Shown: positions 20,174-29,177 of the stretch, in pieces
Layout: each line of letters starts with the position of its first letter
Numbering within the stretch: the stretch's first letter is position 1
Program-made: the position numbers and the translations under genes
NCBI GenBank assembly: GCA_964626665.1
Contig: CAZVGK010000011.1
Span: 1-64,000, forward strand
DNA length: 64,000 nt
From: an uncultured Gemmatimonadota bacterium
GTDB lineage: Bacteria > SM23-81 > DAOVCL01
Direction of reading: 5' to 3'
Notes under the pieces: model-generated
Seen by the model: only the letters and a program-made list of their open reading frames with translations
The model's database searches: none
What the model was told of the DNA's origin: nothing

Positions 20174-21870
20174 TTCCCCTTTTCTTTCTTCCCTAAGATG
20201 GACCTTATTTCCCTTAACCTCTTTATCATCTTTTTAGCAACCGTTGGGTAATTAAAATTTTCGATAATCTCCTTCCTTGCCCGTTCTCCCTTTTCCCTCG
20301 CCTCTTGCCTGTTTTCGTAAACCTCCCTCATCAATTTTCTGGTATGGGCAACGCTCGGTTGTGCCCACTTATGTCCTCTCCATAAGGGAACTTCTCGCCA
20401 GGCAGAAGGGGGGACATCGACAATATCGCAATCAATCAGATAAGAGTTGTTGTCATTCATATAATCAAGCTGTCCACTCCATCGCGTGCCAATGGTCGGC
20501 AGTCCCATAGCCATAGCCTCGAAGTAAGGCCTCCCCCATCCCTCCCCATGGCTGGTCATCACAAAGGCGTCAGCAGCAGCGTAAAGCCTGGGCATATCCG
20601 AAGCAGACAGTATCATAGGCAGGAAGATAATCTCGGGAATATTTGAGGAGTCAAGGCCAAGCCGATCCTTTACGAAACGATGGAGACGTTCCCTGTATTC
20701 TTTCACCGTCTTTTCCTCATAACCCGTGGCTAACTTATAAACCTTTAGGATCAGCGCCACATCTTCATCTCTCTTAAATTCTTTGATATACGCTTCCAGA
20801 AGGACATCCCAACCTTTCCTGGGGAGCCAATCAAAAACAGAGAGGAAGTTGAATGATTTCCTACCCGGGATTTCCAGAGGTTCAATATCCTGACGAAAGC
20901 TTTCCACATTTAACGCTCCTGGGATCACTTTTATCTTCTTCCTATCCAAACCGGAGAAGGAAAAGGTTTCGAGATTAAAATAGCTTGGTGCCCATACTTC
21001 GTCCATTTGCATCAGAGTGGGCAGCCATCTTTCGGGGATCCGATCAGTCTCGAACAACATTCTAGCTATATTGTATGAAGCAAAAGGGTGCCGGTAGGAT
21101 ATGTCACCAGTAGAATGAGTTATCAATATAGCGTTATTTGCTGTTACTTCGTTAGATAAAATCGCAGAGTTTTCGGTCATACTATCAAGTCTCTCTTTCT
21201 TCGCATTTTCTAATTCCACGGTTGCTTCTGTTGTAGTTAATGGGATCAAATGAATATTAACCCCTTCTTCTTCTAAGGCGAGGACAAAATTCCTGCCTTC
21301 ATCTGCATAGCCACTCGGGTCAAAGATGGGACCGTCCCAGATTAGATCAATATCGGATGTTCTCTCTGCTATTACACACATATTGGAGACATCACTTCCA
21401 TCATTTGTTGCTTCCGTAACCTTGAATCCGCATTCTCTCATAACCCTTTTAATAGAAACCCGATCGAATATTACAAAATGATAATTACCTTTGTAATCCT
21501 GTCCCCCGAATATCCTCTCCACTACGGGATCAACCCCTGCTTTCTTGCCACCTTCCCTTCGCCAACCTTTAGGTCTCTCTTGATATAGCTTAAGCAAACC
21601 CTCTAAATTTGGGGTCCTCATCCACAGCTTCCCTTGATGTTTCAAAACCCTCCACCACTCCTTGAGAACGCCTTTCGTCTCTCTCCAGGGAAAGTGCTCG
21701 ATGATATCGCTGGCATAAATCTCCTCTGCCGATTCATCAGGAAAGGGCAAACTCTTCACATCACAGACTATATCCACCCCTCTGTGAAAATTAAAGTCTA
21801 AGTTCAAATACCCCTTTTTTATGTCTTTGCCACAACCAAGATTGAGTTTCATAGCTCTTAATCTAACCAA
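20170..21870 (-). CDS. Methyltransferase-GT4 fusion
   Basis: KLNLGCG..IIEHF..WRVLK N-domain; SHGEGWGRPYFEAMAMGLP C-domain; start may be the Met of MKLNLGCG. Confidence 0.88.
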   Translation of the reverse strand: MVRLRAMKLNLGCGKDIKKGYLNLDFNFHRGVDIVCDVKSLPFPDESAEEIYASDIIEHFPWRETKGVLKEWWRVLKHQGKLWMRTPNLEGLLKLYQERPKGWRREGGKKAGVDPVVERIFGGQDYKGNYHFVIFDRVSIKRVMRECGFKVTEATNDGSDVSNMCVIAERTSDIDLIWDGPIFDPSGYADEGRNFVLALEEEGVNIHLIPLTTTEATVELENAKKERLDSMTENSAILSNEVTANNAILITHSTGDISYRHPFASYNIARMLFETDRIPERWLPTLMQMDEVWAPSYFNLETFSFSGLDRKKIKVIPGALNVESFRQDIEPLEIPGRKSFNFLSVFDWLPRKGWDVLLEAYIKEFKRDEDVALILKVYKLATGYEEKTVKEYRERLHRFVKDRLGLDSSNIPEIIFLPMILSASDMPRLYAAADAFVMTSHGEGWGRPYFEAMAMGLPTIGTRWSGQLDYMNDNNSYLIDCDIVDVPPSAWREVPLWRGHKWAQPSVAHTRKLMREVYENRQEAREKGERARKEIIENFNYPTVAKKMIKRLREIRSILGKKEKGK

Positions 21871-23639
21871 ATTTTTTCCACAACTACCCCCAGATTTCTA
21901 TTGTCCTGGGTTCCATAAAATTTATGGGGATTCCATGTTCTATCAACAATCAAAGTGAACTCACTTACTCTGTTATTTCCAAACATAGGTAGTCTGAAAC
22001 TCAGTAAGGTCCAAGTAGTATCATCTATGCTAAGTTTCTCAAGTGGCTTTTTATCAATAAATGCCTGAATGATTACAGGTTTTTCAAAGATATCTGGATG
22101 AGAACTCAAAGCCTTTATAAATAAAACTGAGTTCTCTCTTTTTCTTTGGAGATAAAAGCTCGTCTCCTTCTCTGTCCATCGAACATAGGGGGGGCTGTAT
22201 TCTAAAGCATACCACCCGAAGCCAAGCTGATTAAAGTCATTTTCCCCCATTTGTATGTAGCCTTTTATTATATCAGAATTAATGTTTTCTAAAGAAATTG
22301 GATAGAAATCTGGGCTCATTATACTGCCCATTATACTGCCCATTTCCCGCTGAACCCTGTTTGCCAAATTCATCAACTCTTCCCTTGATAAAGCTTTCGT
22401 CCTAGCTACAGGCCTATCACAAGTGTATTGGGAGAAATCAGATACTTCAATTAACCCTCTCTTTTTTGCTATTTTATAAAACTGGCTCCCTGGATAGGGA
22501 GTTGCAATAGCAACGCCAAAAAAATCAGGATTAATTTCTTTACTAAATTTTAAAGTGTTCTCAACTGTCTGCTTTGTCTCTCCTATGTTCCCAATCATTA
22601 CGGAAGTGTATATTTTAAGTCCATGCTTCTTAGTAAGTTCACATGATGCTTTTGCCTCTTCCAGGGACACCTTTTTATTGATATTTTGTAAAATCCTTTC
22701 ATCACCACTCTCAATACCATAAAAAATTAGCCAAAAACCTGCTTTTCTGGCATAGGTGAGAATATCTTCATCTACTAACTTTCCATTTGCTCGCCAGGGA
22801 CATTTAAAAATGACCTTCTTGTTTATCTCCCTTTTAATTATCTCTTTACAGATATTCACAAACCACTTTTTGTTGACATTAAATGTGTCATCCTGGAAAA
22901 AAATCTCTCGAATCCCAAATTTCTTTTGCAAAAATTCAACCTCATCCACAATTGATTCAGGATCTCTAAATCTAACTTTTCTACTCCATAGGATATGCGA
23001 AGAGCAAAATGTACAACTAAATGGGCACCCTCTGGAACCCATCATTATCATTGTGGGACGTGCCCCCGTCGGAAACGGACCGGGATAACGTTCTATAGGA
23101 GTAATTAAATCCCATGCTGGGAAAGGAAGCTCATCTAAGTTCTGAATTAAAGGTTGAGGAGGATTTGTAATGATTTGTTCTCCTCTTCTGAAACAGATAC
23201 CCCGTATATTGTCAAATTTTCTATCCTGCATCGATTCAACAAGCTTCTGAATTGTAATCTCCCCTTCACCATAAACAACTATATCAATAGAGGGGGATTC
23301 GTATAAAATCTTCTCTTTAAGCACAGTGGGATGTACCCCTCCCACTACTACCTGGATATCTGAATTGACTTCTTTAATTGTTCTCGCAGTTTCACAAGCT
23401 CCTTTAGTCTGGAGAGTATTCATTGTAATACTTACCATATCAGGCTGTATTAGTTGCAATTTTTCTCTTATATCCTCCATGGAGAGATCCTCAATGTCTG
23501 CATCTATAATGGAAACAGAATGCCCCCTTTTTAAAAGTACGGAAGAGAGATAAAGTAAGTTAAGTGGTGAAGAAAAACTTAATTTTCCTCCTGTATAGTG
23601 GGTATTCGGGTTTATAAAAACTATCTTCTTATAACTCAT
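21858..23639 (-). CDS. Cobalamin-binding radical SAM protein
   Basis: PLNLLYLSS, VVGGVHPT, YGEGE, SRGCPFSCTFC, GIESG, TPYPGS; extra C-terminal beta-rich domain. Confidence 0.92.
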   Translation of the reverse strand: MSYKKIVFINPNTHYTGGKLSFSSPLNLLYLSSVLLKRGHSVSIIDADIEDLSMEDIREKLQLIQPDMVSITMNTLQTKGACETARTIKEVNSDIQVVVGGVHPTVLKEKILYESPSIDIVVYGEGEITIQKLVESMQDRKFDNIRGICFRRGEQIITNPPQPLIQNLDELPFPAWDLITPIERYPGPFPTGARPTMIMMGSRGCPFSCTFCSSHILWSRKVRFRDPESIVDEVEFLQKKFGIREIFFQDDTFNVNKKWFVNICKEIIKREINKKVIFKCPWRANGKLVDEDILTYARKAGFWLIFYGIESGDERILQNINKKVSLEEAKASCELTKKHGLKIYTSVMIGNIGETKQTVENTLKFSKEINPDFFGVAIATPYPGSQFYKIAKKRGLIEVSDFSQYTCDRPVARTKALSREELMNLANRVQREMGSIMGSIMSPDFYPISLENINSDIIKGYIQMGENDFNQLGFGWYALEYSPPYVRWTEKETSFYLQRKRENSVLFIKALSSHPDIFEKPVIIQAFIDKKPLEKLSIDDTTWTLLSFRLPMFGNNRVSEFTLIVDRTWNPHKFYGTQDNRNLGVVVEKIWLD

Positions 23640-23981
23640 ATCACTACTGTCTGGTTATTAGTTGAATAAAATGAGGTTCATCTCCATTTTAGTTGATGGC
23701 ATAGATTATTTATTTACAGATAGTTACCCAGAATGTGGAATTTGAAAATGGCCAACTTTTGATCTTTAAAGCTAACCAAATCATTGTTTTCTAAAGTCAT
23801 AGAGCGGAAAATTTAGTGAAAATACATCAAATGCTAACTGTTTAATTAACAACTGTTTAGCGACCTACAGATTTTGCATCTCTGGGTATTGCAAGCAAAA
23901 TAGTTCGTCACACAACTCCTAATTACTCTGAAAGTTACAAAAGATCTAATCAACTAAAATGGAGAAGAGCCGATTTTTTAT

Positions 23982-24227
23982 TTAATGGTCAGAGGGTTTT
24001 CTACTGAGAAGCCTAACCATCTCCTTGACTTTTCTTTCCGAGCTTGAGGCGGCCCGGCGGTTTTCTATCTGTAAGAGATGGTAGTTTTTCTGCTTGAACA
24101 CCGGGGTATGCGGAGGAAGTCCCAGGAAGAGCCTGGCCTGGGGCTCCCTTATCTCGGAGAGGGTGAGCTCGATCTGATCGCCAATCTGTAGCTTGTCTCC
24201 AGGTCTAATCGTTATATGGACCTTCAT
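23982..24227 (-). CDS. csrA: Divergent CsrA-like protein
   Basis: GDKLQIGDQIELT...P.HTPVF...ENRRAA pattern, overlapping fliW; RNA-binding residues diverged. Confidence 0.65.
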   Translation of the reverse strand: MKVHITIRPGDKLQIGDQIELTLSEIREPQARLFLGLPPHTPVFKQKNYHLLQIENRRAASSSERKVKEMVRLLSRKPSDH

Positions 24228-24669
24228 CCTTTAAGTGGGCTTTTTTGATCTTCTCCGAGATTGGCTTCATCAAGGGGTAGCGCAGAGGATATGAGGGCTC
24301 TGACAGAACAACCTGTTTGGCCAACCTCATCTTGGGGTTGATCAATACTGGCCCCTTGAGATTGACTGTTGTCTTTCCATTTCCCAGCGAGACTAAGCAG
24401 TATACCTTTAGCTCCTTTATATCCTTCGCCCCCAAGCTTTTGAGATCCTCCTTAGATATCTCCGGTTCGTATTTTGGGTAGAAGTCTGCCGGCTCCAAAA
24501 GGGGGAACTTTAGCCTCTTTACCTCCAGAGAGAGGAGCCAGAGGAAGGGTTCATACTCCTTGAGCTGCAAGAGGAGATAGTTCTTAAAGCCCTCAAACCC
24601 TATTAGCCCTTGGGGAAATGTGATCACCTTTCCCACCTGGGATTTTTTCTTCTCTTTTACCCCAATCAA
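24205..24669 (-). CDS. fliW: Flagellar assembly factor FliW
   Basis: ITFPQGLIGFE, PFLWLLS, TVNLKGPVLIN, AKQVVL, YPL. Confidence 0.92.
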   Translation of the reverse strand: MIGVKEKKKSQVGKVITFPQGLIGFEGFKNYLLLQLKEYEPFLWLLSLEVKRLKFPLLEPADFYPKYEPEISKEDLKSLGAKDIKELKVYCLVSLGNGKTTVNLKGPVLINPKMRLAKQVVLSEPSYPLRYPLMKPISEKIKKAHLKDEGPYND

Positions 24670-24738
24670 CTTTCCCCCTTTCCACCAGGATTTTAGATCT
24701 CCGGTGAGAGTACACCGCGGAGTCTCAAGGAATTACAT

Positions 24739-24792
24739 AGCGCGGCGAAGCCGCAACCAAACAACAGCCACGGATTACACGGATTTCACTGA
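24739..24792. repeat. Repeat GCGGCGAAGCCGCAACCAAACA..CCACGGATTACACGGATTTCACTGA; copies at about 10352-10400, 14865-14920, 62970-63025 and partly 6760-6795
   Basis: Near-identical copies on both strands in intergenic or gene-end positions. Confidence 0.8.
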
Positions 24793-24936
24793 TAGTAAGA
24801 AAGGTAAAAGTTCACCGGAATCGATTTCCAGAGGTCAGGAAATACCCCTGATAACTGACGAATATCTGGTTACTGATCCTCGTGAAATGAAACCTTAATT
24901 CCGCGTTCTCCATTTTAAATTCGAAACTTCGCAGGT

Positions 24937-25647
24937 TTATTTTACCACCCCCAGGTCATTGACCGCTCTGCTCAGGGTCTGATCCTGCATTAAGATGGCC
25001 TTCTGATTTGCCTCATAGAACCTGAGCAAGCTAATCAACTCTATCATCTCCTTGGCGGGAGTTACATTGGAAGCCTCCAAGTATCCCTGCAGTAGGCGAG
25101 GGCTTTCCACTCTCTTGGCCTGGCTTCCGGGCAGGGGGGAGAAGAGTCCCTTCCCTTCCTTACGCAGGGGATAGGGGAGATCAAAATCTGTGATAAGGAA
25201 TCTATCCACCAACCGGCCATTAACGAACACCCCACCCTGATCGTTTACGGTGACCTCGTCTCCATCTATGATTATGGGGCCACTCTCCCCCAAGACGGGG
25301 TCACCTCCCTGGGTAATGAGCAACCCATCCTTGTCCAGGCTGAAGTTCCCATCCCTTGTATACCTCGTCCCTTTGGGAGTCTCCACCGCAAAGAAACCCC
25401 GACCTTCAATGGCCAAGTTCAAGGGTTCCCCTGTCCGTTGGAGGCTCCCCTGTCCAAAATCAGTTTTAGCCTCTAACCCCAAAAGCGGCAGAGGCTTACC
25501 CATAAGAGAGGAATATATTTCTCGGAAGCTAACGGCTTCCCTTTTGAATCCGGGGGTGTTTAGGTTGGCTATGTTGTTGGCTACTATTTCCTGTTGGGTG
25601 ATCCTCACCCTCATCCCATTTGCGGAGAGGTAAAGTCCCGGCAACAT
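24937..25647 (-). CDS. flgF: Flagellar basal-body rod protein FlgF
   Basis: ANNIANLNTPGFK, TGEPLNLAIEGRGFF, YTRDGNF, LEASNV, YEANQK. Confidence 0.88.
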   Translation of the reverse strand: MLPGLYLSANGMRVRITQQEIVANNIANLNTPGFKREAVSFREIYSSLMGKPLPLLGLEAKTDFGQGSLQRTGEPLNLAIEGRGFFAVETPKGTRYTRDGNFSLDKDGLLITQGGDPVLGESGPIIIDGDEVTVNDQGGVFVNGRLVDRFLITDFDLPYPLRKEGKGLFSPLPGSQAKRVESPRLLQGYLEASNVTPAKEMIELISLLRFYEANQKAILMQDQTLSRAVNDLGVVK

Positions 25648-25712
25648 ATCTCCTCCTTGACCCAGCCTAAGCGGAATCTGAGGTTGGTTAGGGTTGATTC
25701 ATTTAGGGAAGT

Positions 25713-25728
25713 AGCAAATCTTATGCCA
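25713..25728 (-). promoter_or_regulatory. Sigma54 promoter (-24/-12) upstream of flgF
   Basis: Minus strand TGGCAT-N5-TTGCT about 65 nt before the flgF start. Confidence 0.75.
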
Positions 25729-26244
25729 TCTATAAGATTAGCGGTAGAGTGATGAGAAAAGGTGCGGAGACATTGTAATTCCGCCTCTTCCTCGGAATTG
25801 TTATCCGAGGGGTATTAGTTAAACCGTCCCCCCTGTCGGGGAAAGCTTTCCCCCGTTTGGAATTTTTTTCCCTATCACCCCTGCAGATTTACTGTCCGGC
25901 TCAGCCACTAAACTAATAGTGGCGACTGCTATCGTGGCCTGTTACTTGGGGAATTCCAAAGGCTCAAACCCTTTTATCATTCGTCATTAGGATTTCACCT
26001 TTGACTCATTACCCACACTAAGCTGCGGTAGAACTCTTCCCACCCGTCTTAGTCGGGACAGGTAGATAGTTACGATTCGGCTTAATCTCTTGACACTTGT
26101 GGGTTTACCTATTATCTTGTAAGAACTGACATTTATGCCTATCCGTTATCTTTGGATCCCGTTAATCGGAATCTCTATTGGAGAAAACCTTCGACGAGCT
26201 GAGGTTTTATCAAAGGGTAATGAACCAATAAATCAGCTAAAGCT

Positions 26245-27045
26245 ATGAACTTGCAAAAATCAGAAGATCACAGCCCGGACTGGTGGAGGAGATATTATCC
26301 CGCTGTCTTTCCTCTCTGGGAGCCCTGGGGTGGGCTAATGGAGGAGAGGGCAGAGAGGGTCATCGGGTTTATGGAACAAAATTTAAATCTGAATCCAGGG
26401 AGCACTTTTCTGGATCTTGGTTGTGGTGAGGGAAGGCATAGCCGCTGCCTGGTTAAGCGAGGCTTGCTGGGATGTGCCCTTGACTTCTTCAGAGATAACC
26501 TTATCTGCGGGCTAAAGAGAAGCAGTGCCCAAAATCTCAATGGCCTGGGATTCATCCAGGCCGATATGAGAATACTTCCCTTCAAGCCTCATAGCTTTGG
26601 CCTGATCCTGCTTATGGATACAACATTTGGCATATTTGACGATACTACTAATCTGCAACTCCTGCAGGAAATCCGCCAACTATTTGCTAAAGGAGGGGTC
26701 CTCTTTATGCAGGTCCTCAACCCTCAGTTCTGGGTCAAGGATGAAGTGGTCAAAGGTTTAGGGAAGAGTGACAGATGGCCTGGGAGGTTGATGAGACGCT
26801 ACCACTTTGATCAGGGATCGAACCTGCTTTATGACCAACTATGGCTGGAGGATGAGAAGGGAAGGGTAATCAGCCACTATCCCGATCAGATATTGAAGCT
26901 CTATCAAAGTAAGGAGATGAGGTCTCTCTGCCTCAAAGCCGGTTTCGAGGAGATCAAAATCTGCTCCGCTGCGGATTGGGGGCCACCGGATTCCCCCAAT
27001 GAATTCCACACAAACAGCCCTGAATATTATGTAATCGCCAAATAA
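26245..27045 (+). CDS. Class I SAM-dependent methyltransferase
   Basis: FLDLGCGEGRH, FIQADMRILPF, TTFG. Confidence 0.85.
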   Translation: MNLQKSEDHSPDWWRRYYPAVFPLWEPWGGLMEERAERVIGFMEQNLNLNPGSTFLDLGCGEGRHSRCLVKRGLLGCALDFFRDNLICGLKRSSAQNLNGLGFIQADMRILPFKPHSFGLILLMDTTFGIFDDTTNLQLLQEIRQLFAKGGVLFMQVLNPQFWVKDEVVKGLGKSDRWPGRLMRRYHFDQGSNLLYDQLWLEDEKGRVISHYPDQILKLYQSKEMRSLCLKAGFEEIKICSAADWGPPDSPNEFHTNSPEYYVIAK

Positions 27046-27381
27046 AAGCGTCTCTATCCTGCCCTAAAATATTACCCCGTGTGTTAAGAGCTGACTTGAT
27101 AGTATAAGAATTCCCATTTTTAGACAGGATTGACAGGATGATCAGGATAAATAAAACTCGCACCTCAATGCTTTCCTTGTGTGGGTTACATCTAAGCGAG
27201 TTAGTGGGTGGGAGACAGCTCCTGATGTCATCAAAAGTGTGCTGTCAGGAGTTACCTCTTCCGCCAGGAACCCCGTCGGAACGGGACTGACAGCCCTTGC
27301 GGATTGAATAAAAATCCGGTAAATCCTGTTATCCTCTCAAAAAAGCCTTGCCGAGATAAACCAAGTTCAAAGGAGGACACT

Positions 27382-27828
27382 ATGGCCAAATTGACAATCA
27401 TCTACTATTCTCGCACCGGGAACACGGAGAAGATGGCAGAGGAAGTGACCCAGGGGGCAAGATCCGTGGAAGGGGTGGTGGTAGCCTGCAAAAAGGCCAA
27501 GGAGGCCACAAACGAGGGCCTCCTCTCCTCATCGGGAATTATCATCGGTTCCCCCACCTACTTCCGCCAGATGGGGGCAGAGCTTAAATCATTTATCGAT
27601 AAGTCAATAGATGTCTACGGGAGGCTGGAGGGGAAGATAGGTGGGGTGTTCTCCTCCTCAGGCTCTCGCCAGGATGGGGAGAAGTGCCTCACCTCCCTCT
27701 ATGAAGCCTTAGACTGCCATAGGGTAAATGTCATTGGAAGGGTTTTAGCCATTGAGGCTCCAGGGGAGAAGGAGAAGAGGAAATGCAGGGAACTGGGAGC
27801 GAAGATAGCCAGAAAGATCTTGGGCTAA
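27382..27828 (+). CDS. Flavodoxin / WrbA-like protein
   Basis: IIYYSRTGNTEKMA, GSPTYF, LEGKIGGVFSS; AGGAGG RBS before the ATG at 27382. Confidence 0.88.
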   Translation: MAKLTIIYYSRTGNTEKMAEEVTQGARSVEGVVVACKKAKEATNEGLLSSSGIIIGSPTYFRQMGAELKSFIDKSIDVYGRLEGKIGGVFSSSGSRQDGEKCLTSLYEALDCHRVNVIGRVLAIEAPGEKEKRKCRELGAKIARKILG

Positions 27829-27899
27829 AGAGGGTTCTCTAAAATCCCTTGCCTTCTGAGGGGGAAAAACCTATAGTAAGGTCGGAGAGGAGTTGATCT

Positions 27900-28019
27900 A
27901 TGCCAGCCAACAATAGCGAGATTGAAAAACGCCCCTGGGATATGGCTGCTGAACTCGAGGTAAATTCTAAGCTGATTGTGGAGAATATTGTGCAATTGCT
28001 AAGGGGACAGGATGAGTAA
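27900..28019 (+). pseudogene. Internally deleted hsdM remnant (39-aa mini-ORF) with duplicated promoter
   Basis: MPANNSEIEKRPWDMAAELEVNSKL matches the HsdM N-terminus and IVENIVQLLRG matches its C-terminus ([11 protein letters not shown]); upstream 27843-27899 matches 29121-29177. Confidence 0.8.
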
Positions 28020-29031
28020 TGAGATAAAGGTTGCTGAATACTCGGAACTTTTACAGAACATAAAACAAAGAATTCGCGCTGCCCAGTACGAGGCGCTCAA
28101 GGCCGTTAACAAAGAACTGATCGGACTTTACTGGGACATTGGGCGGATGATCGTTGAGCGGCAAGAGGGCAAAACTTGGGGGAAATCAGTAGTCCAACAT
28201 CTTGCGCGGGATCTGCAGATGGAGTTCCCCGGGATAAAAGGTTTTTCAGCGCAGAATCTTTGGTATATGCGTCAATTTTTCTCTACTTACAGGGACAATA
28301 AAAAACTCCAACCACTGGTTGGAGAAATTAGTTGGAGCAAAAATCTCGTTATTATGGGCAAATGTAAAGACGACCTCCAGCGGGAGTTCTACATTCGGAT
28401 GGCCCGAAGATTTGGCTGGACCAAAAATGTGCTCATTCATCAGATTGAAAACCAGACCTACGAGAAAACCCTGCTCGGCCAAACTAATTTTGAGGAAACT
28501 CTTCCGGAATCCATACGCCAACAGGCGAAGCTAGCGGTTAAGGACGAATACACCTTTGATTTTCTGGAGCTGGGAGAGGAATACAGCGAACGTCAACTGG
28601 AGAAAGCGCTGCTTTCGAGGATGGAGCAATTCCTACGGGAGATGGGTGATCTGTTTACTTTCGTAGGCAGCCAGTATCGGCTGGAGATCAGCGGAAAGGA
28701 ATTTTTTATTGACATTCTGCTCTATCACCGTAAGCTGAAATGCTTAGTGGCACTGGAACTCAAGGTTGGTGAATTTCAGCCAGAATATGTGGGCAAGATG
28801 CAGTTTTACCTGGCGGCACTGGACGACAGAATTCGGCTTGAAGGCGAAAATCCCTCCATCGGGATCATCCTCTGCAAGAGCGAAGATAAGACCATTGTAG
28901 AGTATCCTCTGCGGGATTCAGGCAAGCCTATTGGAGTGGCCGCATACAAGGTCGTAACAAAACTGCCAAAGGAGCTACAAGGCCAGCTTCCCACACCGGA
29001 GCAGATCGGAAAATTATTGGGGGGGATATAG
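28012..29031 (+). CDS. YhcG / DUF1016 PD-(D/E)XK nuclease-like protein
   Basis: LYWDIG, WGKSVV, GFSAQNLWYMRQF, KDEYTFDFL, IDILLYHRKL..LELK, GKMQFYL. Confidence 0.92.
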   Translation: MSNEIKVAEYSELLQNIKQRIRAAQYEALKAVNKELIGLYWDIGRMIVERQEGKTWGKSVVQHLARDLQMEFPGIKGFSAQNLWYMRQFFSTYRDNKKLQPLVGEISWSKNLVIMGKCKDDLQREFYIRMARRFGWTKNVLIHQIENQTYEKTLLGQTNFEETLPESIRQQAKLAVKDEYTFDFLELGEEYSERQLEKALLSRMEQFLREMGDLFTFVGSQYRLEISGKEFFIDILLYHRKLKCLVALELKVGEFQPEYVGKMQFYLAALDDRIRLEGENPSIGIILCKSEDKTIVEYPLRDSGKPIGVAAYKVVTKLPKELQGQLPTPEQIGKLLGGI

Positions 29032-29126
29032 GGTATGATGGAGATAAAGCAGACAACCAAGGCACAAAAGTTGGGGGGAGTAAGTAACCAGAAGGATTTT
29101 GGGCGGAAAATGGTTCTCAGATTCCC

Positions 29127-29155
29127 TTGCCTTCTGAGGGGCAAAGATCTATACT
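29127..29155 (+). promoter_or_regulatory. Sigma70-type promoter of hsdM
   Basis: TTGCCT-17-TATACT; conserved copy TTGCCT-17-TATAGT at 27849-27877. Confidence 0.6.
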
Positions 29156-29177
29156 AAGTTTGGAGGGGAGTTAATTT

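Noticed and set aside
22318-22344. 12-bp tandem duplication (MGSIMGSIM) in the radical SAM gene
   Set aside because: It is in frame, has two copies only and lies in a linker, so it is not a phase-variation tract.
26135-26240. Multi-stem leader before the methyltransferase, considered as a SAM or glmS-type riboswitch
   Set aside because: Core riboswitch motifs are absent, and CCTTCGACGAGCTGAGG looks like a degenerate repeat hairpin; an Rfam scan would settle it.
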